IMG/VR virus record: IMGVR_UViG_3300044780_000032
Coordinates: 1-37,051 of that record
Source of the DNA: a virus
Taxonomy: Duplodnaviria > Caudoviricetes
DNA length: 37,051 nucleotides
Reading direction: 5' to 3' (one strand)
Below, in pieces: positions 23,837 to 33,279 of this stretch. The notes beneath the pieces were generated by a model that made no database searches, was not told where the DNA came from, and saw only the letters and a list, made by a program, of their open reading frames with translations. Positions within the stretch are counted from its first letter, which is position 1; the number at the start of each line of letters is the position of its first letter. Made by a program: the position numbers and the translations under genes.

Positions 23837-26800
23837 TGGACAAGCGAATTGACGGCACGATCGAGAGCATCCCCATTGGGCCGCCCGCCCTGCAGATGGA
23901 GGATATCCCGATTACGCCGCCTTCGTGGCTGGACGTGGCAAAGAATACTCCGCCGCTCGCCGGCCTCGGGTTGATCGAGGGCGGTGGTGGCCTGATGCGT
24001 GCGATGGGAGATATGCTCAATAGTGACTCTCTCGCAAACGTCGGTGCGGAGATTGCAAGAAACGCCAAGGGCGCGGCGGAAGATATCACTCCTGCTGGTA
24101 TGTCGCTGCCACAACAAGTCGTGTCGGGAGGTGTCAACAGTGCTATGCAAATGCTGCCCGCCGTGCTCGCGGGCCCCGAGGTAATCGTGCCGGCGGGTAT
24201 CGGACTTGCTGCTGCACAACAAGGGGGTTCGCGATACTCTGAGCTGCGTGATGCCGGCTTTTCCGGGGGGCGATCTGGATTCCACGCAAGCCTCGACGCT
24301 ATGGCTGAGGCGCTCGGTGAGGCGGTGGCACTGCCGGTTCTAGCCCAGACCACACGGCCATTTCTCAACAAGCTCGTCCACTTCGCGGCGAAGGACCTTG
24401 TTGGAGAGGAATTCACCACGGTCATGCAGCAGGGAAACGCCATGCTGTCGGACAAGCCAGACATGACGTGGGGAGAGTTTCTCAATGGGATGATGATGAC
24501 CGCACTGCAAACGCCGGTTGCGGCAGGCCTCCAAGTGGGGGCTGCGCACGGAGTGACACGGTTGCGGGCGAAGATCGCTGGGCAGCAGACAGAAGTTCCT
24601 CCCGCGCCTCCTGTCCCTCCCGGACAGACGCCCGGTGCCGTCATTGGACAGGAAGGTCCTCCGGAACCTCCCCTCGGCCCGCCGACGCCGGTTCCTGGTG
24701 CGGGGCTCGAAGGGCCGCCGGAACAGCCTCCCCAGCTGACACCGGCGCCGAATCCGCAGCAACTCCCGCCGGCGAAGGATCCAGCGCCGCCCGTTACCCC
24801 GCCGGAAAAGCCTGGGCCGACGCCGGAAGCGGGGCAGCCGGAACTCCTGGGCTGGAACCGAATTGATACTCCGGAGGGCGTTCGCTATCAACACGCTTCT
24901 GGGGCCGCGATTCAGGAGGCCCCCGGCGGGTTCAAGCTTATGTGGGAGTCTCCCGGCGGACCTTTGGAAATCGATGCCTACAATACGCTCGAGGACGCGC
25001 AGCGTGCGGCCGCCGGACTCAAGCTCGATACCGACCTGCCGGAGGGGTGGCAGCGGAGTCCACTTGCTCCTGACCGTCTCATACACATGCGATCTGGTTT
25101 TATCGCACACCTAAACAATGACGGGGAGGGTACGTCAATTCCGGGACAGTGGTCCCTGTACAACAACGCCAATACGCGTGTTGGAATCTATCCGGCCGGT
25201 GCGTTTGATAAGATGCAGGAAGCTATCGACAGCCATAAAGAGCCGAAGCCCGCACAGCAAGGGAGGACTCTCGGCCCCGCCAATATGCTGACGGACACGC
25301 CGGATATGATGCGACAGAACAATACGTTCGACCCCCGTATCTATAACGGTGCGTACGCCAGTGATGGCAGTACAACTGTAGACGTGACACAGCACCCGGA
25401 TGGCACCTACGAGGCACTGAAACAGCGAGGGCCACTCGATCAGATACTTGCCCACCTGAAACAAGCCATCGGCGTTGACCTGACACAAGGATCTGGACTG
25501 GATTCGTCGTACGCTACGGCTATGATGAATCATATCTACCACAACCCGGAGGATATTTCCAAGGTCAGTCAAGAAGTTGCGGATCACTTCGGCGGAAACC
25601 TGCAACAGATTTCGGACTACTCCAAAACGCGACAGGCCGCACTTGGGTTCCTCCCTCCACTTGACAGCTCTGAATCCATCGCGCGGCACAATGCGGCGCT
25701 GTTCGATAAATCGTCTATCTTAGCTCGCAACGCGAAGGGTGAGTCGGTAGACCTGCGGAATAGCGCGCCGGGCGTGTACCTGGATGAGGCTATCAAAGAC
25801 AGTCTGGTAGCTAAGCGTCTAGCCGTCTTGGCAGACCACCTTCGCCAACGCTTTATCCCGGATGTTAAGTTCCTGATCCGAGAGCGCAGTGATGGTTCGT
25901 TCGACTTGCGGCGCGGCTCAATGGTCACTGGTGGCATGATGTACAAAGGCGGCAATGTGTATGAACTCCGCATTTCCGACCTACTCAAGAATGTGACGCA
26001 CGCCAAGACGCAGAATCATATGTATACCTTGGCGCACGAGATCGGACACGCTATCGTCGCGCAACATCTGGCCACGGCGCCCGCCGACATTCGGGCAAAG
26101 ATTACAGCTGCGTATCTCGGGTATACGAGAAACGTAACGCGAGAGACCTCACTTCTTGACTATCTGGTAGAACACCACGGTTCTCCGCGGAATATGGAGG
26201 GCCGTAAGAACAAAACAGGCGCCCCCAGCAGTCGGACCTATAATGAATATGTGATGGGCGAGGCGGAGTATCTCGCGGATCAGGCTGCTATGTATTTCCT
26301 CAAGGGGGAAAACAGCGCGTTCCGAACCATGGGTCCGGGGGTGGTCGCCTGGTTGAACCAGATGATTGACAAGCTCAAGCAGCTGTGGGAAACGGTCGGT
26401 AAGCGCTTTCGGCAGAACAAGAGCTTCGCTGACTTCCTCGACGAGCTCGGCTCGGGGAATAAGCCAGTGGTGTCGAGCTGGCGCCTCCCCAATACTACGA
26501 AAGATCCGACGGCCCCACCGAAACCTGTGCCGCCGACGCCGGTTCACAAGGATCCGGAGATGGCGAAGGACCAGCTCTTGGCTCTGCTCGAGCGTCGGCG
26601 GAAGCTCATGTACGCACTGATCCGGGGAAAGGTGCCGACGGAAGAGCTGGATAACGTCAAAAATACGAAGGATGTTCGGGAATTCAACTGGGATTACGCA
26701 TACAAGCTCGCGGCGCGATACGGCATTCCTGAGTCGTGGTACGGGGGGCGCCATATCCCGGGAACCTGGAACGAAACGACAGGATTCCGGCAGAACCTGA

Positions 26801-29415
26801 TGCGAGGAATTGACACGACAGCGGATCCGGAACTGCGATCTGGGGCAGCAAAGACGAACGACGCAATTTCGAAATTCAACTGGCTCCTCCAGCGGACAAT
26901 GACCGCGGTACAGCTTCGGAAGAAGTTCGGCTCGTCCGTTCCCGGTGTGAAGGACTTCGTCGACAACCTCGAGAAGATGTGGAGCTATCGCTCGCGCTGG
27001 AAGTCGCAGGCGGATGACCGCGTAAAGCAAATGAAACGGACCTCGCGTGGGCAGCGAGAGGCCGTGTTCAATCTGTTACTCGAAGAGGACAAGACGGGGA
27101 AGTATGCGTCGGACATCTCCTCGACGGTGGCGGGGAAGCGCCAGTTCAACCTCCGTATGGAAGAGGCGAAGAAGGCGGGGCTGAACGAACAAGGGGTCGC
27201 GCTGTACAAGTCCATTCGGGAGGACTTCGACGGGGCTCTCGACGAGATGGAGCACCAGGCGCTTATGGAGCTTTATCGGACCTATCCGAACGGTGGTCCG
27301 GCGCTGGTCAAGGCAGAGGCCGAGCTTCGTGACGGCTTTGATCAAATGCGAAAATCCCCCTACGTGCCGCACACGCGCTTTGGGGATCACACGGTATCCG
27401 TCCGTGATTCTTCCGGTACGATGCAGGAGTTCTACCAACTTGAAAACGAACACTCCGCGAAGAGCCTCGAAGCGAAGCTGCGGAAGGAGGCGGGGAAGGG
27501 TATGGCTGTCAGCCGCGGCCGGATGACGGACGTGATGAAATCTCTGGTTGGGATGCCGCCCCAGATGATCGCGGCGATGAAGGCGCAGCTCAATCTCTCG
27601 CCCGCCCAGATTGCGCAGTTCGAGGACATTCTCAAAGATATGTCCCACGGGGCCTCGTTCGTCCGGCGGTTCAAGCGGAGGAAAGACATTGCCGGTTGGG
27701 TGAGCGATGCGGAGAACTTCCCTCGGGCCTATGCTGACTACATGAGCCGGTTTGCGAATCACGTGAGTCGGCTGAAGTACAACCACCAGCTCACTGGGGC
27801 GACGCTGTCCGTCAAGGATCAGGCGAAGATGGCAGCGAAGCTTGGCGTGAACACCGTACAGCTCGATCAACTGACGAACTGGCTGACGAGGCTCCAGGAC
27901 TACGTCAACAACCCGGGACAGGAGTTTGCAAACCAACGTGCCGCGGCCACGCTTTGGTTCCTCGGCTTCAACGCGAAGAGCGCACTCGTCAACAGCACAT
28001 CCGTTCCGATGGTGACACTTCCTTACCTGTCGAGTCGGTTCGGCTGGAATAGATCCCTGCTCGCGACTACGCAGGCGTACAAGGATATCTCGCGGCAATT
28101 CCTTCGCAAGGATGCTCTGACGCCGGACGAACGGAAGATGCTGCAGGTCCTGCGGGAGCAGAACAAGATTGATGCGAGCTTTGCGAGCGAACTCGCTGGG
28201 CTTCGGGAAGGGGGGAGGCTCTCGGATCAGACGGCACTCACGAAACCCGCCGCGGCTGCCTTCGCCGTCAAGTATTGGGGGATGTGGCTGTTCCAGAAGA
28301 TGGAGGTTATCAACCGCGAGGTTACGGCGCTTGCCGCCTATCGGTTGAACAGGGAGGGCAAGAACTTCGATCCGACTGACTCGGAGGGCTACGACCACGC
28401 CGCGATGGAGAAAGCGGGACAGGCCATCCAGGATACGCAGAACGAGAATGCGCAGTGGAACCGTCCGGAGCTGATGCGGGGGAAGAAGAGTGTCCTCACG
28501 ATGTTCATGGGGTATCAACAGAACTTGATCTACCAAATGCTCGGCGGGGATCAAAGTTGGATGCGGATGCTGGCTGTCCAGATGATGGCGGCGGGCCTCC
28601 TCGGAATGCCCTTTGCGAAAGATGCGGACGAGCTGATCAAGTGGTTCGCCCGGAAGGTCTTCGGCTCTGACATCAGTGCGGAGCGGGCGGCCCGCGCCTA
28701 TCTCAAGGATGTGATGGGGAACCCGGACTGGCTGCTCAAAGGCGTGTCGCACAACGTGTTTAATCTGGATCTCTCTGGCTCCCTTTCCCAGGGGCGCGTT
28801 ATCCCCGGCATTGACGCGCTGGCGGCGGAAGGCTCCTTCTCGGATCGGATAGCGAATGCTGCCGGCGATGTCGGCGGTGCGGGATTCTCGATCATACTCA
28901 ACTTCATGAAGGCCCTTGCGTCCGACGACCCGGATACGCTGCGGCGATTCCAGCGCACCCTGCCGGAGTTCGCTCGCGCCATGGTTGACGGCGGGAACAT
29001 GATCTCGGGCGGGAAGGCCCTCGACGCCGCCGGAAGGCCGATCGCAGACGTGACCACCGGAGACGCCTACATGCGCTCGCTGGGGTTTCAGCTGTCAAAC
29101 GTCTCGCAAGAGAGGGGGACGCGATTCGCCCAGAAGGACTCGGCACAGTTCTGGCTCACGCGCCGCGCCTACGTCCTGGCACTGTGGCAGCTCGCGATGG
29201 AACGCGGAGATGGAGACACGCGCGACGCTGCGATGAAGGCCCTTCAGGACTTCAACGACGAGGCGCCGGATGGGAATTTGAAGCTCACGCGACAGCAGAT
29301 TCGGGAAAGCCTCAACCAGAAGGCTCGGGGTAACGAACTTGCCGCGCAGGACATTGGGCCGACAAAAACGGTGCAGGGAACGTATCAGCGGATTGGGGAG
29401 CTGTATGGGAAATAG
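23836..29415 (+). CDS. Large ejection / polyvalent protein, 1859 aa, with HExxH and PLxRFG-like motifs
   Basis: TLAHEIGHAIV followed by EYLAD; PYVPHTRFG; C-terminal RPELMRG...MFMGYQ helical domain; last gene of the late block. Confidence 0.8.
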   Translation: MDKRIDGTIESIPIGPPALQMEDIPITPPSWLDVAKNTPPLAGLGLIEGGGGLMRAMGDMLNSDSLANVGAEIARNAKGAAEDITPAGMSLPQQVVSGGVNSAMQMLPAVLAGPEVIVPAGIGLAAAQQGGSRYSELRDAGFSGGRSGFHASLDAMAEALGEAVALPVLAQTTRPFLNKLVHFAAKDLVGEEFTTVMQQGNAMLSDKPDMTWGEFLNGMMMTALQTPVAAGLQVGAAHGVTRLRAKIAGQQTEVPPAPPVPPGQTPGAVIGQEGPPEPPLGPPTPVPGAGLEGPPEQPPQLTPAPNPQQLPPAKDPAPPVTPPEKPGPTPEAGQPELLGWNRIDTPEGVRYQHASGAAIQEAPGGFKLMWESPGGPLEIDAYNTLEDAQRAAAGLKLDTDLPEGWQRSPLAPDRLIHMRSGFIAHLNNDGEGTSIPGQWSLYNNANTRVGIYPAGAFDKMQEAIDSHKEPKPAQQGRTLGPANMLTDTPDMMRQNNTFDPRIYNGAYASDGSTTVDVTQHPDGTYEALKQRGPLDQILAHLKQAIGVDLTQGSGLDSSYATAMMNHIYHNPEDISKVSQEVADHFGGNLQQISDYSKTRQAALGFLPPLDSSESIARHNAALFDKSSILARNAKGESVDLRNSAPGVYLDEAIKDSLVAKRLAVLADHLRQRFIPDVKFLIRERSDGSFDLRRGSMVTGGMMYKGGNVYELRISDLLKNVTHAKTQNHMYTLAHEIGHAIVAQHLATAPADIRAKITAAYLGYTRNVTRETSLLDYLVEHHGSPRNMEGRKNKTGAPSSRTYNEYVMGEAEYLADQAAMYFLKGENSAFRTMGPGVVAWLNQMIDKLKQLWETVGKRFRQNKSFADFLDELGSGNKPVVSSWRLPNTTKDPTAPPKPVPPTPVHKDPEMAKDQLLALLERRRKLMYALIRGKVPTEELDNVKNTKDVREFNWDYAYKLAARYGIPESWYGGRHIPGTWNETTGFRQNLMRGIDTTADPELRSGAAKTNDAISKFNWLLQRTMTAVQLRKKFGSSVPGVKDFVDNLEKMWSYRSRWKSQADDRVKQMKRTSRGQREAVFNLLLEEDKTGKYASDISSTVAGKRQFNLRMEEAKKAGLNEQGVALYKSIREDFDGALDEMEHQALMELYRTYPNGGPALVKAEAELRDGFDQMRKSPYVPHTRFGDHTVSVRDSSGTMQEFYQLENEHSAKSLEAKLRKEAGKGMAVSRGRMTDVMKSLVGMPPQMIAAMKAQLNLSPAQIAQFEDILKDMSHGASFVRRFKRRKDIAGWVSDAENFPRAYADYMSRFANHVSRLKYNHQLTGATLSVKDQAKMAAKLGVNTVQLDQLTNWLTRLQDYVNNPGQEFANQRAAATLWFLGFNAKSALVNSTSVPMVTLPYLSSRFGWNRSLLATTQAYKDISRQFLRKDALTPDERKMLQVLREQNKIDASFASELAGLREGGRLSDQTALTKPAAAAFAVKYWGMWLFQKMEVINREVTALAAYRLNREGKNFDPTDSEGYDHAAMEKAGQAIQDTQNENAQWNRPELMRGKKSVLTMFMGYQQNLIYQMLGGDQSWMRMLAVQMMAAGLLGMPFAKDADELIKWFARKVFGSDISAERAARAYLKDVMGNPDWLLKGVSHNVFNLDLSGSLSQGRVIPGIDALAAEGSFSDRIANAAGDVGGAGFSIILNFMKALASDDPDTLRRFQRTLPEFARAMVDGGNMISGGKALDAAGRPIADVTTGDAYMRSLGFQLSNVSQERGTRFAQKDSAQFWLTRRAYVLALWQLAMERGDGDTRDAAMKALQDFNDEAPDGNLKLTRQQIRESLNQKARGNELAAQDIGPTKTVQGTYQRIGELYGK

Positions 29416-29443
29416 GCACAATCAATGTCGCGTTGACTGTGCC
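29415..29443. repeat. Inverted repeat GGCACAATCAA-N7-TTGACTGTGCC between convergent genes (operator and/or terminator)
   Basis: 11-bp arms with one mismatch; related to 4101-4131. Confidence 0.6.
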
Positions 29444-29450
29444 CAATTCC

Positions 29451-29666
29451 CTACCCCTTCTCTCCCTGGCAATTAGCCCAATGGCGGCAGGCATAGCCAC
29501 CACTGTGGAACATCGAACGGACTTCGTTAATGGTGCGCAGCGAAACCCCCATGCGCTCGGACAGTTGAACGTTGGTCAGTTTTGCAAAACGCGGGTGGGC
29601 CAGGTACTTCCACACGCAGCAGTACCCCTCCTGCTCGGCGAATAGCTCAATCAGCGGCCGCGCCAC
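29451..29666 (-). CDS. Small HTH DNA-binding protein with four Cys, 71 aa
   Basis: LTNVQLSERMGVSLRTINEV HTH pattern; CAAGGAG RBS before GTG. Confidence 0.7.
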   Translation of the reverse strand: MARPLIELFAEQEGYCCVWKYLAHPRFAKLTNVQLSERMGVSLRTINEVRSMFHSGGYACRHWANCQGEKG

Positions 29667-30870
29667 TTTGAGGCTCCTTGAAGTAGATTATAAGTCTATT
29701 ATCCTGTTGTCGTACACCGACCCGTTCGCTCTGCACGAGGCCGGACAAAGCAAGTTCGAACTGCGCATAACTCATTCGGTTGAACACCATCCGGTAGAGT
29801 GCTTGGCGATCCACCTGCTTCCGCGTCGTTAGGATCTGGAGTAGCCCGATGGCGTCGGCTACTTCGTCCCGTTCAGCAATGCGTCCAAAGATGTCGGGGA
29901 GGTCTGCCTCCACGCTGTCCATGACGCTGTTGGCGAACTCCAGATCGTCCTTCTGAATAATGCGCGACTCCCGCTTCGACGCCGACAGGACGATCGCGAG
30001 CTTGTGTATCTGCGTCTGCTTTCGTGCGAGGAACGACGTCATGCCTTCGTCATTCGGATCGGTCTGGCGATAGCGGGCGTAGTGCTTTGCATACCACTCC
30101 CGGCCCCAGAGCTTGGCATCCTCGGTTAGTGCGAATGGGCCAATTATCTGCGAAATTTGCTCGAGGTCCTGGAGTAGCTTCAGCCGCATGTCGGTGTGGG
30201 CGCCGTTCTGGCTGTTGATTCGATCCCCGGGATAGGCCTCGAGGTGTCGCTTCTCTGCACCGTAAACGAAAATCGTGCGCGAGGTGAAACCCCCACCGAG
30301 CAGATAGCGGTCGAAGTTCTTCTTGATCCACGCGGGTGTCGTACAGGCAAGGATGTTGATATAGACGTTCTCGATCTTGTCCTCGCCTTGGGTCTTGGTT
30401 TGTCGCTGCCACACGCCGCGCCGGCCATCCCACAGGTCCACGAACACGTCGATCATCTCGCGATCTTCGAAGTCGAGCAGTACCCCGAGTTCGCTTCCAA
30501 CGAGGGTGACAGCGGACATCGGATATATCTCCCCGTCGGGTAGCTCCACGCCCTCCGTGCTCTCGCCGAGTGACTTCGTCAACGACTGCCAGGTTAGGGA
30601 GTTCGGCCCAAACTTTATCCCGGGAACTTCACGGAGAATTGACATTCCAATATCCGCTGTCGTGGACTTGCTCACGATCCCAGGAGGGGAAACGAACACA
30701 ACGTAGAAGTTAGGTACCCACTGGAAGTAGCCCTGATCAATCCACGCCCGACGGCGGAGTGCCCCCGCTATCACACTCACAGCCGTCCAGAAGTGGAACT
30801 TCCTCGGGGCCTCCGAGTATTGGGTATACTCCAGGTACTGTTTAATCCAGTCTGGATAGTTCCTTACCAA
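29647..30870 (-). CDS. DUF3987/YfjI-like P-loop ATPase, putative replicative helicase
   Basis: SEAP..F, PNFYVV.V.PPG...KST (degenerate Walker A), LVGSELG (Walker B position), LWDG, ILACTTP and GFTSR; TTG start with GGGAG RBS. Confidence 0.75.
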   Translation of the reverse strand: MVRNYPDWIKQYLEYTQYSEAPRKFHFWTAVSVIAGALRRRAWIDQGYFQWVPNFYVVFVSPPGIVSKSTTADIGMSILREVPGIKFGPNSLTWQSLTKSLGESTEGVELPDGEIYPMSAVTLVGSELGVLLDFEDREMIDVFVDLWDGRRGVWQRQTKTQGEDKIENVYINILACTTPAWIKKNFDRYLLGGGFTSRTIFVYGAEKRHLEAYPGDRINSQNGAHTDMRLKLLQDLEQISQIIGPFALTEDAKLWGREWYAKHYARYRQTDPNDEGMTSFLARKQTQIHKLAIVLSASKRESRIIQKDDLEFANSVMDSVEADLPDIFGRIAERDEVADAIGLLQILTTRKQVDRQALYRMVFNRMSYAQFELALSGLVQSERVGVRQQDNRLIIYFKEPQSGAAAD

Positions 30871-30879
30871 GGTCGCTCC

Positions 30880-33279
30880 CTATGAGGGCCACTTCATATC
30901 TTCAGTCGTGCCCCAGGATTTTGTTCCTTGTTTGAGTCCGAGGGCTATGGTTAGTGGGTCCGCGTAGGGGATTGGCACACGTACAAGATCACGGATGATG
31001 GGGAGATACTCCGCCCGACGCGCCGTGGGGTACTGGAATACCAGCGAATCGTGCACCTGGAGAAGGACTTCGAGTTCCGCAAGCTCCTTGCTCGTTGCGA
31101 GCCTTCGCCAGATTCGGTTAATCAGAAGGCCAATTGTGGACTGTGGCTTCCACGCAACGGCTTCCGCAAGGAGCTCTTCGATCCGATCAAAGTAAACACG
31201 CCGGAAGCCAAAAATGTTCTTGACGGAGCGAGTCCCCTGGAGTTCCGTCAGGATTTGTGTATGCCACTTGGGGATATTCGGATGAAGAGAAAACCAACGG
31301 GCCTGAAACTTCTCCGCCTCGGCGACGGGGATGTTCAGCGTCGAGGCCATCGTCGCGGCCTTTCCGCAGTAGTTTGTCAGGTGAACCCCCTGCTTAATCC
31401 TGGTGTAGTACGGCTCGGCCTTGCCATCAGCTCCTGCGAGGGCACCATACATCTGCTTGTTGTTGACAACGTGGATCTTGAGCCCTGCGCGAAAGGCGGC
31501 TTTTAGGGAGGCGTCGTCGCACTCCCACGCAACAACTTGTGCATCAGCGCCAGCGAGGTCAATCTCACAGATGTCATATCCAGGGTCGGGTATAAAGAGC
31601 TCTCGCATGTTCGGCATGACCATGGTGGTAGCTCGGTCCCCCTTCGGGATGTTTTGCAGGTTCGTCCCGGTCCCAAAGGCGTTCTCAGAGGAGGAGAAGC
31701 GAAAGGTCTCCGTACCACCTTGATTGTACGAACAGCGCATACGCCCGTCCTCGTCGAGCGGGGCAAGGGCAAAGGTCGATAGAAAAACCTGCAGGGAACG
31801 ATATTCACTAATCACCTGGATGATTGGGTGGAGGAGTTCGTGCTTCTCAGCAATCTTTGCCAGCGCTTTCTTGTCGAAAGAAATTCCCTTCGTTTTCTTG
31901 CCCTTGCCGACCTTAATCCCGAGTTCGTCGCAGAAAAAGAGCTTCATCTGCGACGGGGAATTCGGGTTAAAGGCACGGCCCACGACGGTGTCGAGCCAGG
32001 TTTTACGTTCGGCTATGGCCTTCTGGAGTTCGGTGACCGACGCCGCCTTCTTCTCCAGATCAACTGCGACACCGCGAAGCATGGTTTGTAGCGTATGCGG
32101 CCACTGCTCCATCTGCTCGGCCATCTGGGGTTCGAGCCGGTACTTCGTTAGTAGTGCCTGCTGCCCCTCCATAACCTCGAACGTCTTGACGCAATCCGTG
32201 CAGTTGTAAGCCCACAGCTGTTCCGGCGGGTGCAGGAACGGGTCCCACTCTTTCCCGTCGTCTTTCCAGAAAATGTGGTAGGGGCAGTAGAGAGAGGAGT
32301 TGTGCGCGAGACTCTTCGGCGTCCCCGGGAATAGCACGTGCTGGCCAAGGAGCGTGTCAAAGTGGATTCGCGGAATGACGAACATTCTTCTGGCAATATA
32401 CTGCGCGTCGTAGTGGAAGTTCTGCCCCACGACCTTGTGCTCGGTGAAGATACGATGCAGCCGAAGAATGATGGCGACCTCTTCCTCCTCGCTCCAGTAG
32501 GGGACGAAACGCCCTCCGACGAAGTCAATAAAGGGGATGCATATCGCATTCAGCTTGTCCCACGCGAGGCCGAGACAGGAGATGTGCAGCCGCTTCGTTT
32601 CGATGTCGGCAGCAACCACGTCGGCCGCTTCGCAGAGATCGAGGCACTCCATCACCGTCTGGAAGGTGGGGCGGATGCGGAAGTTCCAAGCGGGGCGGGG
32701 AGTCCGTCCGTCGGTGAGGACCTTATGTGCACGGCGTAGGTCGTGCATTGCGAGGTACCGCTCCCCGTGGACTCGGAGAATTCGGGACGGGTGGAAGATC
32801 GGGATGACCGTGATCTCGGGATTCTGGATGCACGGGATTTCGGACCCGCGCCAGTCGTCAATCCCGTGCTTCCCTGTGGTCGCCCAGAGCGCCGTAGCGC
32901 CCGCCGCAATGATGATCTTCGGCTTGACTAGCGTGATCTCATCGTTAAGGTCCGCCAGCCCCTCTACCATTACCGGCAGCGCCCATCGGCCGTTGATGGG
33001 TGTCGCGCGGAACTCTGCCGCCTTTGCTTTACTCGACGCGAAAGCGAGATCTATGTCGTTGTCGAAGGGACGATAGTTTACTACGTTCGTGTACCGAATC
33101 GCGGAGGAGACAAAGCGGGCTTCGCAGAGTTGCGCGAATAGTTCATCCCCAGATCTCCCGACGAACGGCTGTAGTCTCCTGTCCTCCTCTTCACCCGGGG
33201 CCTCCCCGACGACTAGAACCTGCGCGTTTATCGGCCCCTTCGGTCGAACTTTTCTGCTTGAAAAGTATTGATATGCCAC
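30880..33279 (-). CDS. Family A DNA polymerase with N-terminal family-4 uracil-DNA glycosylase domain and 3'-5' exonuclease
   Basis: UDG: GEAPG, PFVG.SG, TNVV, HPS. Exo: DIET, NFHYD, YNCTD. Pol: NLQNIP, DLAGAD (A), KQGVHLTNY (B), VHDS (C). Confidence 0.95.
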   Translation of the reverse strand: MAYQYFSSRKVRPKGPINAQVLVVGEAPGEEEDRRLQPFVGRSGDELFAQLCEARFVSSAIRYTNVVNYRPFDNDIDLAFASSKAKAAEFRATPINGRWALPVMVEGLADLNDEITLVKPKIIIAAGATALWATTGKHGIDDWRGSEIPCIQNPEITVIPIFHPSRILRVHGERYLAMHDLRRAHKVLTDGRTPRPAWNFRIRPTFQTVMECLDLCEAADVVAADIETKRLHISCLGLAWDKLNAICIPFIDFVGGRFVPYWSEEEEVAIILRLHRIFTEHKVVGQNFHYDAQYIARRMFVIPRIHFDTLLGQHVLFPGTPKSLAHNSSLYCPYHIFWKDDGKEWDPFLHPPEQLWAYNCTDCVKTFEVMEGQQALLTKYRLEPQMAEQMEQWPHTLQTMLRGVAVDLEKKAASVTELQKAIAERKTWLDTVVGRAFNPNSPSQMKLFFCDELGIKVGKGKKTKGISFDKKALAKIAEKHELLHPIIQVISEYRSLQVFLSTFALAPLDEDGRMRCSYNQGGTETFRFSSSENAFGTGTNLQNIPKGDRATTMVMPNMRELFIPDPGYDICEIDLAGADAQVVAWECDDASLKAAFRAGLKIHVVNNKQMYGALAGADGKAEPYYTRIKQGVHLTNYCGKAATMASTLNIPVAEAEKFQARWFSLHPNIPKWHTQILTELQGTRSVKNIFGFRRVYFDRIEELLAEAVAWKPQSTIGLLINRIWRRLATSKELAELEVLLQVHDSLVFQYPTARRAEYLPIIRDLVRVPIPYADPLTIALGLKQGTKSWGTTEDMKWPS

